DNA of 45,749 nt from an uncultured Bacteroidota bacterium (GTDB taxonomy: Bacteria > Bacteroidota > Bacteroidia > 2-12-FULL-35-15), in NCBI GenBank assembly GCA_903870175.1, contig CAIQBY010000260.1, positions 1 to 45,749 of the forward strand, read 5' to 3'. Shown one piece after another: positions 11,268 through 20,165 of the stretch. The stretch's first letter is position 1; each line of letters begins with the position of its first letter. The position numbers and the translations under genes were made by a program. The notes below the pieces were generated by a model that saw only the letters and a list, made by a program, of their open reading frames with translations, did not search any database and was not told where the DNA came from.

Positions 11268-11625
11268 ACTCATTTCTTTTTGATAAAAACTCATTAGTTG
11301 GTTATCAAAACTAATTGGTTTTTATGCTCGCCTCGTTGCTTTTTATTCTTTACTCAACCCTTTTTTTGCTCAGCTCAAACCTTATTACCCTCAGCTCATT
11401 GGTTTTTGTGCTTTACTCGGTAGTTTTTGCCCAAAACTCCCGAGTAAATGGCATTTACTCCCGAGCTTTTCGTCATTTACTCCTGAGTAAACCCGTTTTA
11501 CTCCCGAGTAAAGTGCTTTTACTCCTGAGTTTTGGCTCCAAACCAATGAGTAAAGCATCAAAACTACCGAGTTGCGGTCAAACACCTGTAAACATTGAAG
11601 AAAATGATTTGAGTTTTGACCCAAA
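11268..11625. repeat. Degenerate 21-bp-period array (15-17 units) with central ACTC-nn-GAGT cores
   Basis: Anchors at 11268, 11289, 11310, 11331, 11352, 11373, 11394, 11415, 11436, 11457, 11479, 11500, 11521, 11542, 11563 (one 22-bp step); a GAG is still in phase at 11611. Confidence 0.85.
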
Positions 11626-11739
11626 ACCTTAAATAGTCCTTTAAAAAGGTAAAAATGCTGGCGAAAAGAAAATAATCAAAGAGCTTTTTTTACCGATTTA
11701 TTAGAGTCAAAAACATTTTATTTCATTGCCGACAAATGA

Positions 11740-11747
11740 CAAAATTA
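11740..11747 (-). promoter_or_regulatory. Possible -7 promoter (TAATTTTG) pointing into the 21-bp array
   Basis: Exact TAnnTTTG on the minus strand; no convincing CDS downstream. Confidence 0.4.
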
Positions 11748-11795
11748 TTCGATATTAACTAAGTTGAAATTTAGGGTTGAACTTATCTTATACAA

Positions 11796-11940
11796 TAGAC
11801 CTCTTTCATAATTCAAGCAGGAGATTCTTCGCTTCGCTCTGAATGACAGGTATTTTTCTCCCCCTCTCCAAAACAAGCGAAACTTGTCATTCAGAGCGAA
11901 GCGAAGAATCTAAAATCAATTGAATTATGAAAGAAGTCTA
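11796..11940. mobile_element. Non-autonomous palindromic element (MITE/REP-like), about 145 bp
   Basis: Outer inverted repeat 20/21 bp (11796-11816 / 11920-11940) with TA at both ends; inner perfect 27-bp inverted repeat agattcttcgcttcgctctgaatgaca (11822-11848 / 11885-11911). Confidence 0.8.
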
Positions 11941-12040
11941 ATTAAATATAAATTTTACCTGCCACTTCTAAAACGCAATTCATTTATCTTATAAATATTA
12001 CATCTTACCTTCTTTTAAAAATTAAAACCTTATTTATTTA

Positions 12041-12048
12041 TACATTTG
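12041..12048 (+). promoter_or_regulatory. -7 promoter element (TACATTTG)
   Basis: TAnnTTTG about 20 bp before the start at 12070. Confidence 0.65.
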
Positions 12049-12069
12049 TAGTTCACTAAATTTAGTACA

Positions 12070-14268
12070 ATGAAAAAATATTACTTAATCCTGTTCTGTT
12101 TTATATCAGTTTATTCATCAGCTCAAAACCTTACAAGGCAGCAAAACAGAACCGTTAACAGATTATTCAAGCATAAAACTGAAATATATTTTACGTTTCA
12201 AATAACCGACAGAAGTGAGATTAATACACTCACCCGAATCATTTCCATTGATAACGTAAAAGACCTGCAGGTATGGGCTGTGGCTAATAAGGAAGAATTC
12301 AAGAAGTTCATCACTCTTAATTATAATTATACCATATTGCCCAATGCCAACAGTAACGTGCATAATCCAATGGGCAGTTTAAGAAGCCCACAATCACATA
12401 CTCCCCTAACCGCATACCCTACTTATCAGCAATATGAAACGATGATGGCAAATTATGCAGTTACTTATCCTTCCATTTGTAAGCTGGTATTAATCGGTAC
12501 ATTGCCCAGCGGACACCGGTTGCTGGCACTTAAAATTTCTTCCAATGTAAATGTTCATCAGGATAAACCTCAGTTTTTATATACCTCAACAATGCACGCC
12601 GACGAGACTGCAGGATACATTGGGATGCTCGATTATGCTGATTATTTATTATCCAATTACGGAACAAATACACGAGTTACCAACCTTATTAATTCTATTG
12701 AGATATGGATAAACCCTCTTGCAAACCCTGATGGAACATATAAAGGCGGAGACAACACAGTAAATGGAGCAATAAGATACAATGCAAATAATGTTGATTT
12801 GAACAGAAATTATCCCGACCCTCAGGCAGGTCAGCATCCTGATGGAAATGCGTGGCAACCCGAAACAGTAGCTTTCATGCACTTTGCCGATTCACTTAAC
12901 TTGACTATGTCGGCTAATTTTCATGGCGGTTCCGAAGTAGTTAATTATCCCTGGGATACCTGGACAAGACTTCATGCAGATAATAACTGGTATGTTAGAG
13001 AATCTGCCAAATATGCGGATACTGCTCAGGCAAATGCTGCAGCTGGTTATTTTACAAGTGTAAATGCAAACGGAATTACTGACGGGTATGCTTGGTATCA
13101 GGTAACAGGCGGTCGTCAGGATTATATGAATTACTATAAACATTGCAGAGAAGTTACCATCGAATTATCAAATACCAAACTTATTCCTACCACAGATTTT
13201 ACAAATAAATGGAATGCAAATAGCAAATCCTATTTGAATTATATGCAGGAATGTCTGCATGGTTTTCGTGGCATAGTTACTGATTCCTGCAGCGGCTTGC
13301 CTCTAAAAGCAAAAGTATTTATTACAGGTCATGATGTAGATAGTTCGCATGTTTACTCCACGTCTTCTGTCGGCGATTATCATCGCCCAATCTATCAGGG
13401 AACATACAGTGTTACATTTTCTGCACCGGGATATGTTTCCAAAACCATAAATAATGTTGTAGTAACAGATATGAATAGTACAAGAGTTGATGTTGCTTTG
13501 CGCCCTTCGGTGATGCCTCTTGTAAGTGCATCCATTACTTCAATTGATACAGTAATTTGTCAGGGAACTGCTGCTGTTTTTAATGCTAATGCAGTTAACG
13601 GAGGAGGCAGTCCTGTATATCAATGGCAAGTAAATGGCAGCAATGCGGGCACCAATAGCAGTACCTTTTCATCTTCCACTTTAGCAAATGGTTCAACAAT
13701 CACATGTCATATCACTTCTTCAAATTCTTGTGTAACAAACAATCCTGCTTCATCAAATACAATTCATTTAATTGTCAATCCGCTTCCTGCAACACCCGTT
13801 ATTTCACAGGCGGGAACAGTATTAAACTCAAATTCAGCTACTGGAAATCAATGGTACAATAGTTCTTCAGGAGGTATAAGCGGCGCAACTGCTGTATCTT
13901 ATTCGCCTTCTGCAAGCGGAGACTACTTCGTAATTGTAACTGATGCCAATAGCTGCAGCTCGGATTCATCAAACATTATTCATTTTGTAAGTAGCGGCAT
14001 CACAGCGTTAAATGATAACAGCAATATTCAGGTATATCCAAATCCATGTAACGAGGAATTGTTTATTTATGTAATCAATAAAAATGCGAGTCAGAATATT
14101 ACTGTTGAAATTTATAATACACTCGGAGAGCAACTCTATAGTGAGAAGTCAGCAGAAAATAAATTAAGAATTAACTGCGGAGTTTTCTCATCAGGAATTT
14201 ACTTTTTGAATATTACAGACGGAAACATTATTCACAAGGAAAAGATAGTTGTAAATAATAAAAACTAA
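12070..14268 (+). CDS. Secreted M14 zinc carboxypeptidase with Ig-like domains and T9SS type A CTD
   Basis: Signal peptide; MHADE (HxxE), DLNRNYP, ANFHGG, TIELS; CTD with VYPNP..GIYF..KIVV. Confidence 0.92.
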   Translation: MKKYYLILFCFISVYSSAQNLTRQQNRTVNRLFKHKTEIYFTFQITDRSEINTLTRIISIDNVKDLQVWAVANKEEFKKFITLNYNYTILPNANSNVHNPMGSLRSPQSHTPLTAYPTYQQYETMMANYAVTYPSICKLVLIGTLPSGHRLLALKISSNVNVHQDKPQFLYTSTMHADETAGYIGMLDYADYLLSNYGTNTRVTNLINSIEIWINPLANPDGTYKGGDNTVNGAIRYNANNVDLNRNYPDPQAGQHPDGNAWQPETVAFMHFADSLNLTMSANFHGGSEVVNYPWDTWTRLHADNNWYVRESAKYADTAQANAAAGYFTSVNANGITDGYAWYQVTGGRQDYMNYYKHCREVTIELSNTKLIPTTDFTNKWNANSKSYLNYMQECLHGFRGIVTDSCSGLPLKAKVFITGHDVDSSHVYSTSSVGDYHRPIYQGTYSVTFSAPGYVSKTINNVVVTDMNSTRVDVALRPSVMPLVSASITSIDTVICQGTAAVFNANAVNGGGSPVYQWQVNGSNAGTNSSTFSSSTLANGSTITCHITSSNSCVTNNPASSNTIHLIVNPLPATPVISQAGTVLNSNSATGNQWYNSSSGGISGATAVSYSPSASGDYFVIVTDANSCSSDSSNIIHFVSSGITALNDNSNIQVYPNPCNEELFIYVINKNASQNITVEIYNTLGEQLYSEKSAENKLRINCGVFSSGIYFLNITDGNIIHKEKIVVNNKN

Positions 14269-14273
14269 AGAAA

Positions 14274-15491
14274 TTATTTTCTTGCAGGTCTTCTGTCCTT
14301 ATTAAAACCTTTCTTTTTCAGGAAAGGTTTTTTTATTTTCACCAAAGGAGTATAAGCAGGTCCTGCACCAATTTCAGGTGGCAAAGGAAGTTTTTTCACT
14401 TCACTTCCAATTAAAGTTTCTATCTGCAAAAACTTTTGCTGATCCCACTCATTAATAAAAGTCAAGGCAACACCGGTTGCAGAAGCACGTGCAGTTCGTC
14501 CGATTCGGTGAATATAATCCGCAGCATCACCTGGTACATCATAATTTATGACCAGTCCGATATCTTCAATATCTATTCCTCTCGAAAGAATATCCGTAGC
14601 CACTAATATTTGTAACTGTTTGCTTCTGAAATTACGAAGCACTTCTTCGCGTTCGTTTTGTTCCAAATCAGAATGTATCGCTTTGGCTTTCAGGTGCGCT
14701 TTCTGTAAATCACGCTCCAGTTCTTTTACTTTTATTTTTGTTGAAACAAAAATGATAACACTTGTCAATTCTTTTCCTGCAAGCAGCGATTTTATCAATG
14801 CATTCTTCTGTCCATCATATACAAGGTACGCTCCCTGTATTACTCCTTCCGCAGGTTTTGCAAGCGAAATACTAATGTGCTCTGGGTTATGCAAAAGCTT
14901 GGTAGCAAGCGCACGAATAGTTGGTGCCATCGTTGCCGAAAACATTAATGTCTGTTTTACTTTAGGCAGGTAGGTGGTAATTTTTAATATGTCATCTACA
15001 AAGCCCATATCCAGCATCCTGTCAGCTTCGTCAAGTATTAAGGTTTCCAGTTTATCAAACTTTACATAGCCCATATTTAAGTGAGCCATCAATCTGCCTG
15101 GAGTTGCGATAATAATATTTGCACCTTCGGTCAATGCTTTTCTTTCCCGTTCAAATACACTGCCATCGCTGCCGCCATATATGGCAAGAGAACTGACAGA
15201 AGTAAAATATGAAAACCCCTGTAATGCCTGATCTATCTGCAATGCAAGTTCACGGGTAGGAACCACAATTAAAGTATTGGTAGAATCGGTAGGGTTAATT
15301 GTAAGTTTATTTAATATCGGCAAAAGGAAAGCCGCAGTTTTCCCGGTACCTGTTTGTGCGCAGCCTATTAAATCCTTGTTGTTTTGTATTATTGGAATTG
15401 CCTGTTCCTGAATTGGTGTTGGGGTTTCAAACCCCATTGAATCTAGCCCTTCCTGAAGGTTTGTCTCAAAATTAAAATCTTTAAATATCAA
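14274..15491 (-). CDS. DEAD-box RNA helicase (RhlE-like)
   Basis: Q motif, AQTGTGKT, PTRELA, DEAD, SAT, HRIGRTAR. Confidence 0.96.
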   Translation of the reverse strand: MIFKDFNFETNLQEGLDSMGFETPTPIQEQAIPIIQNNKDLIGCAQTGTGKTAAFLLPILNKLTINPTDSTNTLIVVPTRELALQIDQALQGFSYFTSVSSLAIYGGSDGSVFERERKALTEGANIIIATPGRLMAHLNMGYVKFDKLETLILDEADRMLDMGFVDDILKITTYLPKVKQTLMFSATMAPTIRALATKLLHNPEHISISLAKPAEGVIQGAYLVYDGQKNALIKSLLAGKELTSVIIFVSTKIKVKELERDLQKAHLKAKAIHSDLEQNEREEVLRNFRSKQLQILVATDILSRGIDIEDIGLVINYDVPGDAADYIHRIGRTARASATGVALTFINEWDQQKFLQIETLIGSEVKKLPLPPEIGAGPAYTPLVKIKKPFLKKKGFNKDRRPARK

Positions 15492-15534
15492 ATTATATTG
15501 TTTATTGTTTTTACAAAGGTAGGCTTTTTATTTG

Positions 15535-16539
15535 TCATACAAGTTTTGACAAGTCTGCAATCCATGCATTTAACAAGGTAATCTCGTCTTTTCCTACCAC
15601 ATTAATCTCAATTAATTTTTGATAACAGGCAATTAAATTTTCATAAATATGTTCCTTCCCTGCCTTTAAAGAAAGGCTTTGAAGCTCTTTGCAAATATTC
15701 AAATTATTAGTATAGCCCGGTATTTCATCTTCAAAATCTTTCATCAGATTATGTTCATTGCGCTCCTGCCATACAGTTGATTCGTGGTACAAAACACTCC
15801 AGTTGCATTCCCAAGCAATACGCTGCGCAACATAACTTCTCCAGATATCAGTCATTCGGAAACTGCAATAGGAAGGAAGATACATCAATGCAAATGCTTC
15901 TTTAAACCAATGGGTGTTTTGCGAATTAAATGGACTCCAGGCATTTCTTCCCAAAGCAATTTTATTTTTTATTTCGAATGAAAGAGGCAATGGATACGTC
16001 AATCTATAAACCGCATCCACATCAGGATTCTCATCTGCCAATCCCTGTTGAATAGGACAATCAATTGACTCCAATTTTAAAGTAGAGAGTTCTGTTTGTT
16101 TCTTCTGCAATTCTTCTAATGGATAACCGCGAGGCCATATAAATTGTTTTGTGAAATAGTGGTAAACATTTACCCATCCTGTATTTTCAAAAGCATAACT
16201 TTTAACTTTGCGTTGTGTTTCATTCCAGAATTCTTCACGTGGAATATTATCATCGTCTGTTTCAACCAACTCTGTAACACCATTTTTTATGGCAAGTAAA
16301 TAACCTAAATTTTTACGTGAATAATGACGGGTAGGGGTAATCTTTGCCAAAGAAAAAGGTAATGTTTGCTGACGTTCGACACTCCAGTAATCACAACCTT
16401 CTAATTTGAAATCAGCAGGAGATTTAGTATCACCTATAACTATAAAGTTAAGATTACGTTTTTTACATTCCTCTGCAAACTGAATTAAAATAGGATGTTT
16501 GTCGTTGGCAATGGAAGTTATTATTAATGATTTTGACAT
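15535..16539 (-). CDS. STELLO/DUF288-family glycosyltransferase-like protein
   Basis: IGDTKSP, YSRKNLGYL, ETDDDN, QQGLADENPDVDAVYRL, PFNSQNT, FRMTDIWRSY. Confidence 0.85.
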   Translation of the reverse strand: MSKSLIITSIANDKHPILIQFAEECKKRNLNFIVIGDTKSPADFKLEGCDYWSVERQQTLPFSLAKITPTRHYSRKNLGYLLAIKNGVTELVETDDDNIPREEFWNETQRKVKSYAFENTGWVNVYHYFTKQFIWPRGYPLEELQKKQTELSTLKLESIDCPIQQGLADENPDVDAVYRLTYPLPLSFEIKNKIALGRNAWSPFNSQNTHWFKEAFALMYLPSYCSFRMTDIWRSYVAQRIAWECNWSVLYHESTVWQERNEHNLMKDFEDEIPGYTNNLNICKELQSLSLKAGKEHIYENLIACYQKLIEINVVGKDEITLLNAWIADLSKLV

Positions 16540-16578
16540 AGATTTAATTTATAATTTGTAATCTGAAATTTGACAATT

Positions 16579-17313
16579 CTATAGAGTAGGTTTATTTCCT
16601 ATCAATCGTTGAATAAAATAATAGAATAAAGTTTGATAGGCATTTTTAATTGCGTTTGGAGAAACACGCGGAGAAGGTGCCTGATAATGTATCGGCACTT
16701 CAAAGTTTCTACGTTTGCGAAGTAAATATCTTAATTCGGTTTGATAAAAATGTGCTTTGGATTTAAAATCATGATTAATAATCTTAGCTACCACATCCCT
16801 GTGAAATCCTTGATAACCTGATGTCATGTCTCTTAATTTTGTACCTAATAAAACATTTGCCAATACAGTTCCTGTTTTGGATAACATTCTCCGTTTAAAT
16901 GGAGAGTCGCCCATCGAACCGCCATTTATAAAACGGCTGCCAAATGCACATTCGTTTCCTTCATTCAAAACACGAAGGAACATTGGAATGGCTCTTGGGT
17001 CGTGGGAAAGACCGGCATCCATCTCAATAATTAAATCATGGCCTGCTTCGTACGCTTCTCTTAATCCGCGAACATAAGCATCTACCACATTTTTATTTTC
17101 GGGAGCCCACACGGTTACATATCGGTTGTCTTTTGCACTAAGTTCCTGACAAAGTTCGAGAGTACGGTCTTTAGATGCTTTATCAATTACAAAATAAATA
17201 TTGCCTGGATTTAATTCATTAATAACAAAATTCAACATATCGATGAAGGGCTTAAAATCCTGCTCTTCATTAGCCATTGGAATAACTATCGCCCACTTTT
17301 TATAATAAAACAT
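16579..17313 (-). CDS. GT2 glycosyltransferase (polyprenol-phosphate glycosyltransferase, Dpm1-like)
   Basis: IVIPMANE, EMDAGLSHDP, GSRF, DMTSGY. Confidence 0.88.
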   Translation of the reverse strand: MFYYKKWAIVIPMANEEQDFKPFIDMLNFVINELNPGNIYFVIDKASKDRTLELCQELSAKDNRYVTVWAPENKNVVDAYVRGLREAYEAGHDLIIEMDAGLSHDPRAIPMFLRVLNEGNECAFGSRFINGGSMGDSPFKRRMLSKTGTVLANVLLGTKLRDMTSGYQGFHRDVVAKIINHDFKSKAHFYQTELRYLLRKRRNFEVPIHYQAPSPRVSPNAIKNAYQTLFYYFIQRLIGNKPTL

Positions 17314-17450
17314 TTTAGAGAATCAGATATTAATAATTTGGAGGGTAAAATTAGACTTTTTTATGGTATTTGCCCATAATTAATCCATTTTAACTCAATT
17401 AATAAATTCAGAAATAAACTTAAAAGAAAGTCCTATATTGCTTTTAATAA

Positions 17451-20069
17451 TTACTTCTTATGAAGTATTGTGAAAAATCCAGGTATAGTTGTGTTTTTAC
17501 CATCATTCTGGAATAGGATAAAATAATAAGTACCGTCTGATTTACCAATACCCTGCCAATCATTTTTATAATCCGGATTTTCATATATTTTATTTCCCCA
17601 GCGATTATAAATTTCAATTTTACTTCCAGGATAATATTCCAGATTTTTAAATGATAAGGCATCGTTATCCCCATTTCCATCAGGTGTAATAACATTTGGA
17701 ATGGTAATGTTATAAGGAATTATTTCTACGGATTTACAGACAGTATCTACGCACCCTGAAGCTATTAAATCTACGTGGCAGACATTATATGTACCCGGTA
17801 AAGGATAAGAATGAGTAGGATTTTGAGACGAAGAACTGCTGTTTTCTCCGAACGTCCAGGTATATCCGTTTATATTAGTCACTGAAGTATCGGTAAAACT
17901 AATTGGAGTATTAACATAAACAGGTGAAGAAGGATAATAATTAAATTGCGAAATATGTGCAATTGGATTGACCGTAATAGTAACTGTGCCAGTTTTAGTA
18001 CACCCGTGAGTATCTGTAATTGTTACCGTATAAGTAGTTGTGGAAGATGGCGTAGCAACCGGATTGGCGATATTCGGATTATTTAAACCCGATGAAGGAC
18101 TCCATAAATAAGTAGTGCCACCCGTACTTGTAAGATTTACACTTTGACCCGCACAAATTGTTTGATTGGGAGAAACACTAACTGCGGGCGGTGCAAAAAC
18201 AACTATTGTATCAGGAATACTGCAATTATTATTTGAGATATTTACAATATAAGTTGTATTCACTGTTGGGTTAGCAGTAGGGTTTGCTATATTCGGATTA
18301 CTTAATCCTGTTGCAGGGCTCCAGCTATAAGTAGTTCCGCCGGTCGCATTTAATTGTACAGGTCCATTACATGCTGAAACATCAGGCTCAGGTGTAAAAA
18401 CAGGATATTGTGTCACGGTAATAGTAACAGTACCTGTCCCGGTACAGCCTGCGGCATCCACATCTGTAACAGTATAGGTAGTCGTAGTTGCTGGAGTGGC
18501 AACAGGGGTGGCAATATTAGTAAAATTTAATCCTGCCGCCGGACTCCATGAATAAGTAACGCCACCTGAAGCACTAAGGTTTACGCTTTGTCCGGCACAT
18601 ATACTTTGATTAGGCGATACATTAATTACTGAACCTGCGAAGATTACAATTGTATCATTGGCACTGCAAGTACCATTCGAAACATTTACAATGTATGTAG
18701 TAGTGACTGTAGGATTTGCAGTAGGGTTAGGAATATTAGGATTACTCAATCCTGCCGCCGGACTCCATGTATAAATTGTGCCGCCAGTTGCATTTAATTG
18801 TACTGCACCGGCGCAGTCCGAAGCATCAGGTTCGGAATTTACAACAGGAGAATTTAAAATATGAATAACTAAATTTACAGTTGTTGTCTGTGCAGGAGTC
18901 CCGTTATCAGTAGCGGTAAATGTTATTGTATTATAACCTACATCGGATGCTGAAGCAATTAACTGTGCATTAAACTGGACATTATTTGCAGGTGTATTAC
19001 TTGTAACAGTAAAACCGTTCAACGTAGCAGTGGCAGTAACGGTAGTAGTTTGACCGGCTTCGGGAGACATAAACAATATATTGAAATTTTGAGCAGTTCC
19101 AACACATAAAGTCATTGTGTCGCAATATCCCATTCCATTTGCAATTGGCGGTATATTGCCTGCAAAACAAGTATTAAAATAAAATGATTTATAATCAAGC
19201 CAGTCAATTCCACTTGCTGCTCCTGTCGGTCCGTTGTAAACTGAACCTGCCGTATCAAATGTTCCGAACTGAATATAATTTACACCATCACCTTTGTTAG
19301 CACCTACTGTTGCAGGAGTTCCACCAAAACCATTTACTCCGTTTGAAGCATCTCCCGTAGTCCATTGCATATCCTGATAACAAAATGAAACATTATTCCC
19401 ATTTGGAATTATTGAATTAGTCCCATCAGTAATTATTAATTGAAATGTGTTTTTTTTATCTACATAAGAATCATAATAACCAACGGAATCCCATTGCACT
19501 AGTAGCGCAGTTGGAGTTACTTTATAATATACAACGCCACTTCCTGTACCTCGAGTATCTACATCTCCCCAGAAAGGTGCAACCATAACAAAAGTAGGGT
19601 CAGGGAAAGGATTGGCAGTAAATGTTGAATATGGCGCACCGAAAGAAACATTCCCATTATTATTTATATATAATGAATTGTAATTAGTCCCATAAAAACA
19701 AAAAGTAAAAGGTAAATTAATTAATGGAGTTGTCCAATCATCATTTTGGTAAAGTGGTGCAGTTCCTGGTCCACCATTTCCTCCACTTCCATCAAAAGGA
19801 CAAACAGACCAGGTATTGTCCACAGTTTGCCAACAGTCACAGGCATTGGTTCTTGAAGATTTATTACTTGTATTTGTTCTAACTACAGGGGTTAGCGGTT
19901 TTGTATTAAATACAATTTGTTCGTGCCCATTTAATTTCCCGGCTTTTTTCAAAACGCTCATTGAATCGTTTACTGCTTTTCTTGAACGTTTTTGTGAATA
20001 GCTGGCAGTAGTAGAAAACAGTAGCAGTATAACTGCAACTAATCCGATAATAAGTTTACTTTTTAACAT
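17451..20069 (-). CDS. Secreted adhesin-like protein: NIDO-like domain, four Ig-like repeats, PKD domain, T9SS type B CTD
   Basis: LPFTFCFYG, APFWGDVDTR, NTFQLII; repeated YxWSPxxGLxxxNIxxPxAxP units; IPNVITPDGNGDND..IYNRWG..GTYYF. Confidence 0.9.
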   Translation of the reverse strand: MLKSKLIIGLVAVILLLFSTTASYSQKRSRKAVNDSMSVLKKAGKLNGHEQIVFNTKPLTPVVRTNTSNKSSRTNACDCWQTVDNTWSVCPFDGSGGNGGPGTAPLYQNDDWTTPLINLPFTFCFYGTNYNSLYINNNGNVSFGAPYSTFTANPFPDPTFVMVAPFWGDVDTRGTGSGVVYYKVTPTALLVQWDSVGYYDSYVDKKNTFQLIITDGTNSIIPNGNNVSFCYQDMQWTTGDASNGVNGFGGTPATVGANKGDGVNYIQFGTFDTAGSVYNGPTGAASGIDWLDYKSFYFNTCFAGNIPPIANGMGYCDTMTLCVGTAQNFNILFMSPEAGQTTTVTATATLNGFTVTSNTPANNVQFNAQLIASASDVGYNTITFTATDNGTPAQTTTVNLVIHILNSPVVNSEPDASDCAGAVQLNATGGTIYTWSPAAGLSNPNIPNPTANPTVTTTYIVNVSNGTCSANDTIVIFAGSVINVSPNQSICAGQSVNLSASGGVTYSWSPAAGLNFTNIATPVATPATTTTYTVTDVDAAGCTGTGTVTITVTQYPVFTPEPDVSACNGPVQLNATGGTTYSWSPATGLSNPNIANPTANPTVNTTYIVNISNNNCSIPDTIVVFAPPAVSVSPNQTICAGQSVNLTSTGGTTYLWSPSSGLNNPNIANPVATPSSTTTYTVTITDTHGCTKTGTVTITVNPIAHISQFNYYPSSPVYVNTPISFTDTSVTNINGYTWTFGENSSSSSQNPTHSYPLPGTYNVCHVDLIASGCVDTVCKSVEIIPYNITIPNVITPDGNGDNDALSFKNLEYYPGSKIEIYNRWGNKIYENPDYKNDWQGIGKSDGTYYFILFQNDGKNTTIPGFFTILHKK

Positions 20070-20165
20070 GATTATTTTTTGTTAAGTGAATAATAAATCA
20101 AGTACAACTATTTATTTATAGAGCGAATAAAAACATATACAGGATGGAGAATTCCTACGCCAAAA

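Noticed and set aside
11315-11632. ORFs 11315..11632 (+) and 11391..11624 (-)
   Set aside because: Likely by-products of the 21-bp repeat; the 22-bp step breaks the heptad register and no domain is recognisable.
17990-18850. Internal ABAB repeats in the NIDO adhesin
   Set aside because: Ordinary Ig-like domain duplication typical of T9SS substrates.
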